Shown here piece by piece: positions 14,775-28,170 of a stretch of DNA of 64,000 nucleotides (the stretch's first letter is position 1; every line of letters begins with the position of its first letter). Location of the stretch: contig OX597838.1 of assembly GCA_951406725.2 (NCBI GenBank), forward strand, positions 7,316,001 through 7,380,000, given 5' to 3'. Position numbers and translations under genes: made by a program. The notes below the pieces were generated by a model, which searched no databases, was not told where the DNA came from, and worked only from the letters and a program-made list of their open reading frames with translations. Source of the stretch: Octopus vulgaris (lineage: Eukaryota).

Positions 14775-15283
14775 AAGGTGGCGAGCTGGCAGAATCGTTA
14801 GCAAGTCGGACGAAACGCTTTGCGGCATTTCGTCCGTCTACGCGTTCTGAGTTCAAATTCTGATGAAGTCGACTTTGCCTTTCATCCTCTCGGCGTCGAT
14901 AAAATAAGTACCAGCAGGACGCTGGGGACCGATGTAATCGACTTAGCTCCTTCTCGAAGTTGCTGGCCTTGTACCAAATTTCGAATTCGATATAATAATA
15001 AGCAATCGGGTAGAAAACTGGCAGAATCGTTAACACGTCGCACAAATGCTTTGCTCTCATTCATTCATCTTACCATTCTGAGTTCAAATTCCGCCGAGGT
15101 CAACCTTGACTTTTATTCATTTCGTGGCGATAAATTCCGTACGATTTGAGCTCTGCAGCCGATATAATCGGCTTCCCCATCTCCTCCAAAATTGCTGGCT
15201 ATTTACCAAAATCAAAAAGCAATATATTGATACATTTTAGGGCGGCGAGTTGGCAGTATTGTTAGCACACCGGAGAAAATGCT

Positions 15284-15285
<2 letters not shown>
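14775..15285 (+). mobile_element. Three head-to-tail SINE family B (Meta-domain-like) copies
   Basis: Copies at ~14775-14998, ~15010-15225 and 15241-15285; GAGTTCAAATTC B-box; CTTTCATCC...GTCGATAAAATAAGTACCAG Meta-like block. Confidence 0.85.
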
Positions 15286-15346
<61 letters not shown>

Positions 15347-15379
15347 ATGCGTGTGTGTGTGTGTATGTGTGTGTATGAT

Positions 15380-15799
15380 GTGCAGATTGAATCGAATAAC
15401 CTGCTGGAGGATGCATTCTCCTGCAGTTAAAATGGTAGTAATGTCGGCCCCTACGGAACAGTCATGTTGAAGAAGCGATAAACATTTACTTCTCCGTAGA
15501 TTTTCTACTTCCCTCTCTTATAGAGATTTTCTAAGTGGCTTCTTTGCTTGTTGCAAGATCAGTGACTGACTGTCGCTTAGTATTATATATATTGCGAGCT
15601 GGAGCGAATAACGAAATCGTACGGTCTGGTGATTCCGTCCTCTTCTAGGAGATGGTATGGGCTCGCTCCCCTGCTGGCAATATATATCGAGTGCAGATTG
15701 CAGCGGTAACCAGCTGCTGGAGGAGGCTACTTCTGGTGCTAAATGGTAGTTGTAGCGTCATTCCGATGGATCAGCCATATTGATGTGGCGACAAACATT
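15380..15799 (+). repeat. Diverged ~108-bp direct repeat pair
   Basis: 15380-15487 vs 15691-15799 share colinear blocks GTGCAGATTG, CTGCTGGAGGA, AAATGGTAGT, CAG(T/C)CAT(G/A)TTGA, GCGA(T/C)AAACATT. Confidence 0.7.
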
Positions 15800-15920
15800 A
15801 TGGCATAATATATATATATATATATATATACATTGAGAATTTACTAAAAAACAAAAGACGAAGTTGGGCGTGTAAACAACAATCAGATGTTTTAGTTTCA
15901 CGCTCGAGAAAGGAGAAAGA

Positions 15921-15956
15921 CATTTACGTTTCGAGCCTACGCTCTTCGACAGAAAG
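15921..15956 (-). ncRNA. Hammerhead-like motif (A6U variant) in a Penelope-like repeat end (~15833-16075)
   Basis: Minus strand CTTT-CTGTCGA-A-GAGC-GTAG-GCTC-GAAACGT-A-AATG; same stem II as the 11295 motif; related flank also seen inverted at ~35415-35480. Confidence 0.6.
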
Positions 15957-16149
15957 AGACAGATATAAACAGGGAGAGAAAATAGAAAAAGGTATAGTGG
16001 CTAGCGATATGTCATGGCGAATGTCGGACAGAGGGGTCACACAGGAGAATTGGGAAGAAGGGGAGATAATAAAGTAAAATATATATATATTTACATATGT
16101 ATATCTATATATATAATATAATATATGATATATATATATATATATTATA

Positions 16150-16250
16150 TATGACTGGCATCTTTCAGCTTCTACAAAATTCACTCTCAAGTCTTTGGAT
16201 GGCCCGAGGCTATAGTTGGATGCCCTTAACCATGGTGCAATACAGAGGAG
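16150..16250 (-). mobile_element. Degenerate SINE family A fragment
   Basis: CTTTCAG...CTACAAAATTCACTCTCAAG...GGCCCGAGGCTATAG matches the reverse of 13440-13505. Confidence 0.55.
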
Positions 16251-16865
16251 CTGTAACCGAAGTAACACGTCTAACCGCAAAACAACATAATTTCTACCAC
16301 ATAGTGTGAAACCGCAAGAAAGCCATACCCATAACAAAAAAACACATAAATATTGAATTAAAAATCATTAAACCAATATTATCACTCTTTAATCAATAGG
16401 TCTATATACTTCGAGATTCACCTTTCCAAGAAATTATTTTTAAATAATTGCAACGGCTGGATAACGTTCTATCAGCATTTCGACCTGGGGCGAAATAATA
16501 ATAATAAGAAGAATATAATCAGGTATGCGGAATAGAGGAAAACTAACTGAACGAGATTTTGTTCTTCTCTTTCTCAACGATTGCGATTCAAAGCGTTTTA
16601 CTACGTCTAATTTATAAAGGATTTCAAGGAATTTGAAAGGGAAAAGAGAAGAAAAGAATAAATGAGGGCCTGAGAAAAGACAGAGATAGAATGAAGGAAA
16701 GTGAGAGCGAGATAGAAAGAGACAGAAAGCCAGTGAGTGAGCAGTATTAGAGACACGAATTTATAGATACGCATGTATATTCATGTATATTCATGCTTAT
16801 ACATACATACCTACACACACACACACAGAGACACACACATATATAAATATATATGCATATATATG

Positions 16866-16928
<63 letters not shown>

Positions 16929-17445
16929 ATATGTATATATATCTATACGTATGTATAAAAATAACATAAAAATGGATACATGAAAGCAAAGCGCGTACAC
17001 ACACAGTAATTCCCTAAAATTTGCAACGCAACACAATGGACCCTTTCACTAGGCAGTCCTTGAATTGCATTTAAATAAAAGATTTGCTATAAGCTGATTT
17101 ACCAAAGACCTTCAATGACAAAAACTCAACTCTGAACGTATTTTGCCCGAGTCCAAAATCCGTTGCTTTCATTATTTTTTTTTGTTTTGTTTTTTTTTTT
17201 TTTGGCGGATTTTCTTTATTTTATTATTGTCACTGAATATTCTGATCTTTTTTGTTATATTCCCTTCGATATTTTGGTTATTTGCTTTGTATGGTTATAT
17301 CATTATTATTTATATAGATACAAACACATATATTTACATACATATATATATATATATGCATATACATATCTATATATATATATGCATATGCATGTATATA
17401 TATATATATATATACATATATATATGCTTATATATGCATATATGT

Positions 17446-17494
<49 letters not shown>

Positions 17495-17524
17495 TATATG
17501 CTTATATATGCATATATGTACACA

Positions 17525-17565
<41 letters not shown>

Positions 17566-17633
17566 ATATACATATTGCCCTGTTTTTTCTTTTCACATAA
17601 TCACCCCGCCACTCACAAACATATACACACGCG

Positions 17634-17664
<31 letters not shown>

Positions 17665-17735
17665 ATATATTTACGTGCACAAAAGCTTTTATGTAAAAAT
17701 GCACTCATACATACTCATATACATACATACATACA

Positions 17736-17769
<34 letters not shown>

Positions 17770-18471
17770 CGAGTACATATCTAAGCTAACATTGTGATTG
17801 GTATTTACTCAAGCCCTTCCAAAATCATTTATGCGACTGAAAAGTGAACTGCGCAAATAGAACATAAATTCACACAACGACTACTAGTATTCTTATAAAT
17901 TAGTATCTATATTTTATTAATAAGAAAAAATTATCTTTCATGTCATGCGTTTATATTTTTGTATGCGTATGTGTATACATGTATGTGTGTATGGATATAT
18001 ATATGTATATACATATATATATATATATAAATATATATATATATATCACAAATTTACCCTGTGGAATAGGTCAATTGACTTCCATAAACTACAGCCGTTT
18101 CAGAACATTATTCAAATAATATTACTTTCAATACGGAAAGAAACCGAGTTCAGCCGACGCTGATACATTTTTGCTGTTACCTGTGAAAGAGAGAAATGAT
18201 GTTAATAGGGAAAATGTCGAAGCCGTTGACCAAACAAGTTATTGTTACTGGCTAAAGAGGAAGGGCAGTACCATTGAGAAAAGTGGGATCATATGAAACA
18301 GACTCTGAAAATCTTACTGAAAATATCCCCTGCTGCTGTCCAATAGTTTTGCAGCATATGTTGTTGGGTGTTCCTGCAGATGCAGCTTACGCACATAAAG
18401 AGCACGGTTCACCGCATGAGGAGATAGCTGAGTATCAAGCGCAATTTCGATAATTATCGATAATATATATA

Positions 18472-19369
18472 TAACTTAGATAACTTAGATATGTTTCGAC
18501 CAAAGATTGGTCCAGGCCATGTCTAACTTAATAGCACCACCTGATAGGATTATTCGAATCCTGTTTAAGTCAAGTTTTGTTTAAGTCAAGTGTTGTTCAA
18601 GTAGTGAGTTCTTGTTGGGTGAGTTGTATCCAATTATGGGTGGCTTATCTGGTATTCTTTGAAGTAATCTATCCAGACTCCGTTTAAAGTTGATGGGATC
18701 CTTTTCCTCTTTGATCTCCCTCGGGACAATATTAAATAGGGCAGGGCCTGTTGAGGAAAAGAAATTATGTTGCAGTGTACATGTATGTTGTGATCTTGAA
18801 TTGGGCAGGGGACGTATGGCCCGTGGTCCCAGTCTTGGATGAACCTTGAAGCTAATGTTAAGGTCGTTTGGGCAAAGTTGGCGGTATATTCTCCACATCG
18901 TACAAACGATGTACCTCTCACGGCGACGCAGGAGGGAGTACAGTTTCAAGGCTTCAAGTCGATCCCAATAATCGAGAGCAGCCATGCCTGCAATTCGTTT
19001 AGTGAGTGCCCTCTGGGGTGACTCAATCCTGGAGATGTTTTGTCTTGCATGGGGAGACCACAAGGGCAGCAGTATTCAAGGTGTGGCCGTACAAAGGAGG
19101 AGAAAAGTGGTATGATGACACCTTGTTATCTGGACCGAAAAGTTCTTAAGATCCAGGAACTCATCCTACGAGCTATATCGACCTTCTTGTTGATGTATGC
19201 ACTCCAACTGAGATCGTCATCAACAATTACACCCAGGTCTCTGATATTGTTAGAGGCTGTGAGCGGTTCCCCTGAAGGAAGAGAGTATGGTTGTTTTACA
19301 GAATTTCTTCCAAAATGCATTAGCTAAAATTTTCCCTCATTCAGTTGCAATTTGTTTCTGTCTGCCCAT
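18472..19369 (-). mobile_element. 5'-truncated, inactivated CR1/L2-group LINE (ORF2 C-terminus + 3' UTR)
   Basis: Translation WADRNKLQLNEGKF*LMHFG...IRDLGVIVDDDLSW...WILRTFRSR*QGVIIPLFSSFVRPHLEYCC(frameshift)LWSPH...YWDRLEALKLYSLLRRRERY; homologous to 60682-61500; terminal stem-loop and (ATCTAAGTT)2 tail. Confidence 0.92.
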
Positions 19370-19564
19370 TATATATATATGTATTTTCGTATATTTGTAT
19401 ATATACATATATGTGTGTGTGTGTATTCATGTATGTATATATGTATACATATTTTGTGTATACATTTACCCTTAACCTGAGGATTTTTTGAAGGCAACAG
19501 GTACGTTATATAAAACTGCCAAATTACATACGTATACATAAAACTTATATATATTACATATATA

Positions 19565-19598
<34 letters not shown>

Positions 19599-19836
19599 AA
19601 AACATGTATATACATATACATATGCATATATGCATATATATAAACATATATATGCATATACATATATATATATATATGTGTGTGCGTGAGTGTGTAGATT
19701 GACAGAGAGAGAGAGACAGACAGGCTAAGACAGATATGTGATGGAAAAAGTGAAGATAAACAAAAAATATTATTGACTTATGCATATTTGTCTATCTTGC
19801 TTTTTATCTATTTGGGTCGTTCTCTATTTATTTCAG

Positions 19837-19934
<98 letters not shown>

Positions 19935-20876
19935 AATATATATATATATGTAATTTATACGTATATATATATATGCATAGATAGTCACTCAGGCAGACGG
20001 GCAGATAGGCAGACAGATAGACAGATAGATAGCTGAAAACATTCAGCCGGATTCTTTAGTTTCAATCGTTGTATCCCACCCCCACCCCCACGAAAGTCTA
20101 ACTACAATATGCAAAATACAAAATATAAACAAATAAATTGACGAAACAAAACCAAATATGCACGGATAAAAAACAAAATGGCGAAGAAAAAGCGCAGAGC
20201 AAAGAACGTATGAAACGAAGCATTTCAACAAGTGATACCAGAAAATCATCAAACAAAGGCAGCGAATACATATTATTCTCTGTACAAAGGAAAAGCCACA
20301 CAATGTACACAACATTAAATCAACAATTAAGTTTACAATGAAACTAAATGCTGGGGAGATCGATATAAATTGTTTTAATTTTGTATTACGGTTATTACAT
20401 TTGCAATGAAATAATATTATGGATTCGATCAAGAAAAAACTTATTGGAATAGTAAGAAGAAAGAAAGAAAAAGAAAAATGAATATAAAGAATACAAGAAA
20501 CCTCAAAAACAAAAACAAAAACAAAATAAAAAAAAATAGATGGATGAGGGATAAGGCTAAGAATCATTCAAGGACGGACTGGAAGCTGGAAAGGCGGGGA
20601 TGAGATGGGGTGGGGAGTGAGACTGGGAGAGATAAGCGGGAACGAAGAGGGGCAGAGTGAAAACAATGGAAGCATACAAAGAAACACAAACATACATACT
20701 TGCTTATATATAATATATATATATATATACAGACATATATATATACATACATGGATATATATATGTATACGTTTATATAAACATGCACATATACATAGAT
20801 ATATGTGTGTTTATACATATCCATGTATGTATATATATATATATATACATTATATATATATACACACGCAGACATA

Positions 20877-20974
<98 letters not shown>

Positions 20975-21262
20975 TAGATGGTTATATATGTGTGTTTATA
21001 CATATTTATGTATATACATATATATGTGTGTGGTGGATATATGCCTTGGCGCGCTTGTGTGTGTGCGTCCGTGTGTGTACAGAAGAGAGGGATATGATAA
21101 AACGTTTACGAAGGAGGGAGAGAAAGTGAGAGAGAGAGAGAGAGGTGAGGGGAAGAGAGGTAGAAGTGGGAGAGATGGAATGGATTTTGACCGTAACTTT
21201 ATTGGTTTTACAATATTTCTGTCAAACCCTGACAAATAAAACTGCGCCTTTTACTGAGGCGA

Positions 21263-21278
21263 ATGACCTGGAGGTCAT
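21263..21278. promoter_or_regulatory. Candidate nuclear-receptor element (everted half-sites TGACCT-GG-AGGTCA)
   Basis: ATGACCTGGAGGTCAT in a short unique island between microsatellites; motif match only. Confidence 0.25.
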
Positions 21279-22642
21279 CAGTGCCCAATTATATTGAACT
21301 AAAACGCTAGACTTCTCGTCTCTCATCGTATATATTTATATGTGTGCCATGCACGTATAGTACACGCTTTCTTATGTATACACACACGTATACACATAAA
21401 TACGTATATTTACACGTACATACATGTATCACTGTGTACGCGCACATCCAGAAACACACATATATACAGGCATACGTATATACATAAATGCATACATTTA
21501 TAACACATGCACGGGCGCACACAGATACATATACACATATATACTTGCATATGTATAAACACTCACGCACATATAGACACGTGCTTAATATCCATGCACC
21601 GATGATAAACAATATGTGTGTGTGTGTGACTATATGTATGTGTGTGCGAGTTTTTTTGTGTGTGTGTGGCGGATGAGTGTTTGTAGGGGTGGGACATTCG
21701 TGTGTATCTGTGTGTGGATGTTTGTATGAATGAAAAAAAATTTCTAAATACATTGATGTGAATATATGCGCATACATATAACTATACACATAATCACAAA
21801 CACACACACACACACATATACGCACACATATATACACGCACATATAAATACCTACATGGCGTAACTGGACCCATAAACGCTTCAAGGTATATATTAATAC
21901 TTTTAAGTGACGTATTTAGAGACTGATAAAGCCGTATGAGTAATTACAACATATTAAGGCAGAACGTAACTGAGATCTTTGTGAAATACACCGTGTATAC
22001 TTTGTCCCGAGGGTTCGGTTTTTCTCAAAAATTCATACGGCTATTCACCAATGGATTATTTAGTGTTACTTTTATGAAGACATCGTGGCCCTTCATTCAC
22101 CTGCAGCATATCTCGGAAACGTTGAGAGCATACATTCGTGCGGCAATATCAACTTTTTCTCTTTTAACGGGAGCAAAGATACTCAAATATCTCATAAGCG
22201 GAGAAAATTCCACCGCACAAGTTTTGATCAGAACAAGAGCGGAATAACTTTGCGCCCTCAACGCTACCCCAAATTTTTAGCACCGTCCATTCCCAAGTGA
22301 ATGCCTTTCCAGACCAAAGAGCATTATTATCATATTAACCGCATCTCTATGAGGGGTTCTTCTCTTCTGAACCAGAAAATAATTCAGCCCCCAAAAACTG
22401 CTGGCATTATGCAAGGCGTAAGTAATGACCTAAATCAAATACTGTTCCAGAACAGTACTGGAGGAGTATTTTTCGTCTGGGATGAGTGCATTTTGGAATG
22501 GGGGGGGATCTTGCAATTCTACCAGATAGATGAAAAAGCATTGTAGAAAGTGAAGTAGAGTATATTTTAGATTAAAACATAACTTTGTTTATCTTAATTT
22601 TGAAATATAAAGAAGTATGAAATTAAAACAAAACATTATACA

Positions 22643-22786
22643 ATTCTATATTTAAAAGATGAGGAATTATGTACATTATTTACATTGGGGGAATATTTGT
22701 CCTCATCTTGTTTGTTGTTAACACAACGTTTCGGCTGATATCCCCTCCAGCCTTCATTAGGTGTCTTGGTGAAATTTCGAACCTGG
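22643..22786 (-). mobile_element. 3' part of the hammerhead-bearing element (ribozyme core mutated)
   Basis: Homologous to 55471-55622 with the same terminus; motif at 22721-22764 reads ACAC-CTAATGA-A-GGCTG-(10 nt)-CAGCC-GAAACGT-T-GTGT (G5A substitution). Confidence 0.85.
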
Positions 22787-22949
22787 ACCTAGTCAAAAAT
22801 GCATCAGCTTGTTAGCAAAACCATGTGATGCTTGCAAAATAAACCAACTCCCGCAGCTTGGCTAAAGTCTGCGCTAAGCGCGCATGCACGGAGTTGACTC
22901 CATTGGCTTGATTTCCTCGAGAACATGAGACTTTTTTGTCTTTCTTGGA

Positions 22950-23048
22950 TCTTTTCCTCAAAAATATAAGACATCCCCCGAAAATAAGCCCTACAGCGTT
23001 TTGGGATGAAAAATTAATGTAAGACCGGGTCATATTTTCGCGGAAACA

Positions 23049-23050
<2 letters not shown>
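22950..23050. mobile_element. ~100-bp MITE (pogo/mariner-like)
   Basis: Imperfect TIRs CTTTTCCTCAAAAATATAAGAC / GTCATATTTTCGCGGAAACAGG with internal repeat CCCCGAAAATAAGCC; abuts (TA)n. Confidence 0.55.
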
Positions 23051-23084
<34 letters not shown>

Positions 23085-23226
23085 AAATTTCTGCACATGA
23101 ACCCGGAGTTTCTACCCTTGGACAGGTCGCTCCAACCGTGTTTCTGACGTGAATTTGCTACTCTGGTATCGGTTCATCGAATTTTCCATGTTGACGGTAA
23201 ACATAGGATAATTCATTTACCTATAG

Positions 23227-23266
<40 letters not shown>

Positions 23267-24045
23267 GCATGTATATATGTGTGTATAAACAGTCATGTTG
23301 AAAGCGTCGAAATTGGCCCCCATCAATCCATCCCAGCGGCACGAATCCCGCAAATAGCATCACTTTCATATATAAACGAAACATCCCCATAAACACGTAA
23401 ACCGAGTTCTTCGGTCGCCCACCCCACTCCAGCCACCGACGCCTTTACAAACTGCAGCAACAATATTTTTAAGGAAAGAAAAAAACAAATACTTTGCCAT
23501 GTTTCATAACGATCTCCCCACATCAAAAACACATAAATAAATAAATAAATAAACTAAACAATAAAATAACGTTACCAGATTTGTATAGATAATGAAAGCC
23601 TTGTAAGAAACGGCCTGGAGAAAGATGCGGGTTCGCATTGATTCCAATAAATCATTGCTAAGCAATCTTACCATTAAGTTTGCACACACCCCTCCCCCCA
23701 GCCACTAACTATCTCTTAATGCTTCGACTTCTCTTCGACAAATCACGCGATATTTACGCTTACATTCAAGGAAATACGCATATGCACACAGATACACGCC
23801 GACACACGCATGCATGTATGTATACACATATTTTTGTGTGCGTGTGTGTATGCTATGTATTTTTATGTATGTATGGACACATGCTTCTCTCTTTCTATCC
23901 ATCTACCTATCGATATCTATCTGATAGGTAGATACAAACACACACACATGCACGCACACATTCACGCACACTAACACATACACAGAGGCATTCTTTCGTT
24001 TATATACTGAAAATGTATTTATATGCATGTGTATAAAGATATAAA

Positions 24046-24239
24046 TGTTCCTTCTCGAGCCAAGCTAGGATCATAAGCGCCGGTTTCCCGGTTTCAATGG
24101 CGTAGAAATTCCCCACCTGGAGCAACGTGAAATGAAGTGTTTTGCTCAAGAACACAACGCATTGCCCGGTACAGGAATCGAAACCACAACCTTACGATCA
24201 TGGTTTCAACACCCTAGCCAATAAGCCACGCGCCTCCAC
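24046..24239 (-). mobile_element. SINE family D (tRNA head, CORE-like domain) with internal deletion
   Basis: Minus strand GGAGGCGCGTGGCTTATTGG...GTTTCGATTCC...TTGAGCAAAACACTTCATTTCACGTTGCTCCAG...GAAACCGGGAAACCGG...GCTCGAGAAGGAAC; tail shared with 1143-1191. Confidence 0.8.
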
Positions 24240-24240
24240 G

Positions 24241-24349
<109 letters not shown>

Positions 24350-24569
24350 GCACCTGTGTGGTAGGCAGGAACTGTCAGAAGATTGTGTGGTAAGAGAGGC
24401 GTGGCAGGCGTGGTATGAAGCCGGTTTCCCAACGACTTGCTTCCGGGTTTTACTCGGCCCCGGGACTTTTTTGCCTAACCACTGATTTAGGAGGACGTTA
24501 ACACACCAACAGCGTTGGCCAGGCAGTGATGGGGGGGTCATACACGGACGCAAAGACATGCAAAGATAT

Positions 24570-24611
<42 letters not shown>

Positions 24612-24612
<1 letters not shown>

Positions 24613-24739
24613 GGAGTAAACACATAAATGTGAAACAAGTTGGAAAAAAGAGTACTCAAATACCAGTGGTAGAGTTATATGCTTTATTTAAAGCAGCAGA
24701 AAATTCAACAAAACCTGTTACTCTGAGTTTCACGTTCCC
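24612..24739 (-). mobile_element. Interspersed repeat end (Penelope-like) carrying the 3' half of a hammerhead-like motif
   Basis: Near-identical to 35502-35606; both start CCGGAGTAAACAC directly after (TA)n; minus strand GGGAACGT-GAAACTC-A-GAGT-A-ACAGG. Confidence 0.65.
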
Positions 24740-24751
24740 TGGGTTTCACGG

Positions 24752-24818
<67 letters not shown>

Positions 24819-24829
24819 TGATAGATAGA

Positions 24830-24900
24830 CTTTTTTATTAGGTACACAGGCCTGAACACAGAGGGGACAAATTAGAAAGTACAGCTTTTCTTTTTTCTCC
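24830..24900 (-). mobile_element. Short 3' end of a retroelement abutting (GATA)n
   Basis: Homologous to 51118-51185; minus strand TTGTCCCCTCTGTGTTCAG...CTAATAAA followed by (CTAT)n. Confidence 0.6.
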
Positions 24901-25638
24901 AATTACTGCTTCCCATTTGCTTGGTAGACCGCCATTTAAATATGTTTTAGCTTATTGTATTTTATTTTAGTTGAATAAGATTTGCCGTAAAAAAGCGGCA
25001 ATAATTATGCAACTACCCAATATATCTTGTTATCCCGCAATTCCAACACTTATTCTCTATTCTCATTAACAATATTTTCAACAATATAGCAGAAAGCGAC
25101 ATTCTAAGACTTATATACAACAATAGAAAAATATTTATATCGCCATACGTTTTGTATAGAAAGAGCAAGAAAAAGGAAATGGGGAAAAAAATAAACAAGA
25201 GAAATAAACGGAAATTTAAATTTAGAATAAAGAAAAAGGTGAAACGGGAAAGGTGAAATAACGACATTGACATTTATATTGTGATATCGCAGCAATAAAA
25301 ACTGAATTGAAAATAAACTGACAAGAAACGACGATGATAAAAATGCAATGAGGTCAGAGTATAATCTCGAAGAATGCAACAAAACCTCCTGTGCTCTCGA
25401 GATGGAAATGAATGACGCCAAAGGAAAAGAATAGATATCTTGAGGCATATCAACGTAAGTAGATGTAATTGAAAAAACACTTTTAAATTCCGTGAGGAGG
25501 TCGCAGCTGTGGCCTGCAAAATGTAGTTGGTGCCTCATTTAATATATTTAAATTAAAACGAACAGTCTTGTTTTTAATTGAATAGCAAAGAAACGCACAT
25601 GTACAATTTTTGCGTTTCGCACACACACACAGACACAC

Positions 25639-25686
<48 letters not shown>

Positions 25687-26296
25687 TGAGAGATATAGAC
25701 AAGTGTGCGTATGTGTGTATGCGTTTGAGATACGTGTATATCTGGGTGTATCAGATTACACATATGCATATATATATTAGGAGATATAGACAAATGTATG
25801 TATGTGTGTATGCTTGTGAAGTTCGTGTATATATGCGTGTCAGATTACACGTATGCATCTATGTGTGTAATGTATATATATATGCTTGCTGTAGTTGCTA
25901 TTTCTATTGTTATTATTAAGGCGGCGACCAGGAAGAAGCGTTTCTAATACGTCTTGCAAGCTATTTCAATACCGGGTCTTTCTCAGCTCAGTACGCATTG
26001 ACTTTGCCTAGGACTACAGAAATTGGTATCAAGGCTATAAGAAATAACAATGGGGAACAAGAGTCTCCCTGAAAGATACCTCTATTGATTGTTATCTCGG
26101 CTAATCTGTAGTTGTTATGGAAAAGACGTTTTTTCCAACTAGGCATCCTCTTATTAATCAGCTATGCCACACATGTCGAGTGTTTCCAAAATCGACGAAC
26201 GCGGCAACATATCGTAAGCCTTTTGAAAGTCTATCCAGGCCTTGCACGAATATTTTTCGTACCGTTTACAGTTCTTCATTATTATTATTATTATTG

Positions 26297-26810
26297 AGTG
26301 GTAGAGCAGTGCATGCCATCGAACTGACACAGCGGTAGAGTATACAAAGCTAAACTGTACCCACCATGACTACCCGTCTGATAAGGGTAGACTAGGCACA
26401 TGCATCATAAAAATATGTGCGCGACATGGTGGCCTTATGTCAACATAAACACGACCTTATATGAGGGGACAAGTTAGAATTTGTTTCAGCTCGAGTAACC
26501 CTTCCCGCTGAAAAGGTCCTTGAATAAGGATTCTTTAAGGATGTTGAACGAAACTCCTATGTTTCTAGAGGTGAATGATTCAAACTCCGAAGAAGTGCTC
26601 TCAACACAGCTATGATACTTTTCCGCTACTTCTGCTCATGATGAGAGATGCACATATTTCCAGCCACCAAGAGACATGCTTAACTGGTTAAGATCAAACA
26701 ATTAACAAGCAGATCTCTGGTATTCAGCAGAATATTTGCTTTAGCCCCATGATAACACTTCCAATCTGTTAAGATCAGAAGTCCTGAGAGTCTGTACCAT
26801 CAGGGCATTT
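26297..26810. repeat. Putative ~510-bp interspersed repeat flanked by (ATT)n on both sides
   Basis: Balanced-composition block with sharp borders inside ATT repeats; single copy here; resembles an abundant octopus repeat from memory only. Confidence 0.4.
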
Positions 26811-27160
26811 ATTATTATAATTATTGTTGTTGTTATTTACTTTTAATCTGCATGTTTGTTACAATCATTTACCGAGACACACCCAAGGGCAAGTGAAGCA
26901 TATTACAATATGACTGAAACCTTGGATAGGGAAGTGCCAGGAGCAGTAGCGAAATATCTTCATGTAATACAGCACAGATATTTAAATTGATAGGGTTTTA
27001 ATCAGGATATGGGCATTACTTGTAAGCATATTCATTTGGATTTCTCTAAGACTTGGTTCTTCTGGGATGTTGTCAAGGTGTTTCTGACGTCCCTTTTTGT
27101 TATCATACCTAGGGCACCTACAATAACAATATTATTATGATAATTGTTATAGTCTTTGGT
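26811..27160 (-). mobile_element. 3' end of an R4/Dong-like (restriction-like endonuclease) non-LTR retrotransposon
   Basis: Minus-strand translation IVIVGALGMITK(fs)GRQKHLDNIPEEPSLREIQMNMLTSNAHIL fits the ...PVVIGALG...L.EIQK..L..TAHILR C-terminus; 3' UTR ends in AAT/AAC repeats. Confidence 0.7.
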
Positions 27161-27625
27161 TTACATCTTGTAGAGTCTGGTATAAGCAATATGTCTGTGT
27201 TGCCACCACGAGGATAGATGCACTACTCCTGCCCCGTTATGAAGACATCGTGATTTGTAGAAAAGAGAGAAGAGTGCAATATTTTTAGGTCGCAGCACTA
27301 TCGACGCATCCCATTGAAGTATCCAGATATTGTATGATAATAAGCATGGGTTTATCGGTAGCAAAAAATGTGTCCGCTTGTTGGCATTAGCCTTACTTAG
27401 AATTAGACTTACTGCACTAAGAACAGATATAATCTATGCAACTAAGTCCAAAACAGTTCCCATCAACAGAGACTTTAATGGTGGTCATTGATTCCATGAA
27501 ATGCTCTGCATACCTTTGTCTGATTTTTAACCATTTTAAAGAGTCCTGGAAGTAGTCGATTTCGAAATGATAGATCCGATACATCAATCTTTTCTTATTT
27601 CTCGTAAAAAATTTTAGCGTTCACA

Positions 27626-28170
27626 TTTATATTAATAAAAGCGAAATTCTGTCTGTTCGTCTGGGATCCCTGTATCGCAGACTACATTTGTTCTACATAG
27701 ACATATTATACCTTTTGGAATCAGGATGGTCCCAGGATTGGAAATCTGCCTTTTATTTGGTTCTTGAACATCCAGCATTGGGATCTTATTTAAAAGCAGT
27801 TGGGTTGCCATTTCTAGCAGGTAAAGCTTGGTGTGTATATACCATCTTGGTTGGCGTTTGTCAGATGACGACAGATATCAAAGAGGAGATAAATGCCAAT
27901 CGCTTCGTTAATTTTACGCCGTGATAAGAATTTGTTACAAATTCACCAAGAGATGGATTTCAAATTAGGACTGGATGATATAAATATTGCATTAAGGAAT
28001 TAATCTTCAACCATCCTTAATCTCTCATCAAACAACACTGGGGTATATAGTCATTATAGCCGTATTATAGTCATGCTATTTAAGCCCCTATAGATTTGTA
28101 CCACAGAGACCAATTAGCCCACTGCAGGAGCTAGGTGAAGAGTCCTCACCGAGTGTGACTTTTAAGCTAG
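27626..28170 (+). mobile_element. Candidate non-autonomous Helitron
   Basis: 5' end TTTATATTAATAAAAGCGAAATTCTGTCTG (TC-type start with one mismatch), subterminal hairpin CTAGGTGAAG-AGT-CCTCACCGAG (28131-28153), CTAG 3' end, located between A (27625) and T (28171). Confidence 0.5.

Noticed and set aside
18493-18521. Stem-loop followed by GAAAC at LINE and SINE tails as a hammerhead
   Set aside because: No CUGANGA core upstream; better explained as the LINE 3' recognition hairpin.
21890-22560. Possible very old Tc1/mariner transposase relic on the minus strand
   Set aside because: Only faint motif echoes; no TIRs or continuous frame. It needs a profile-HMM search.
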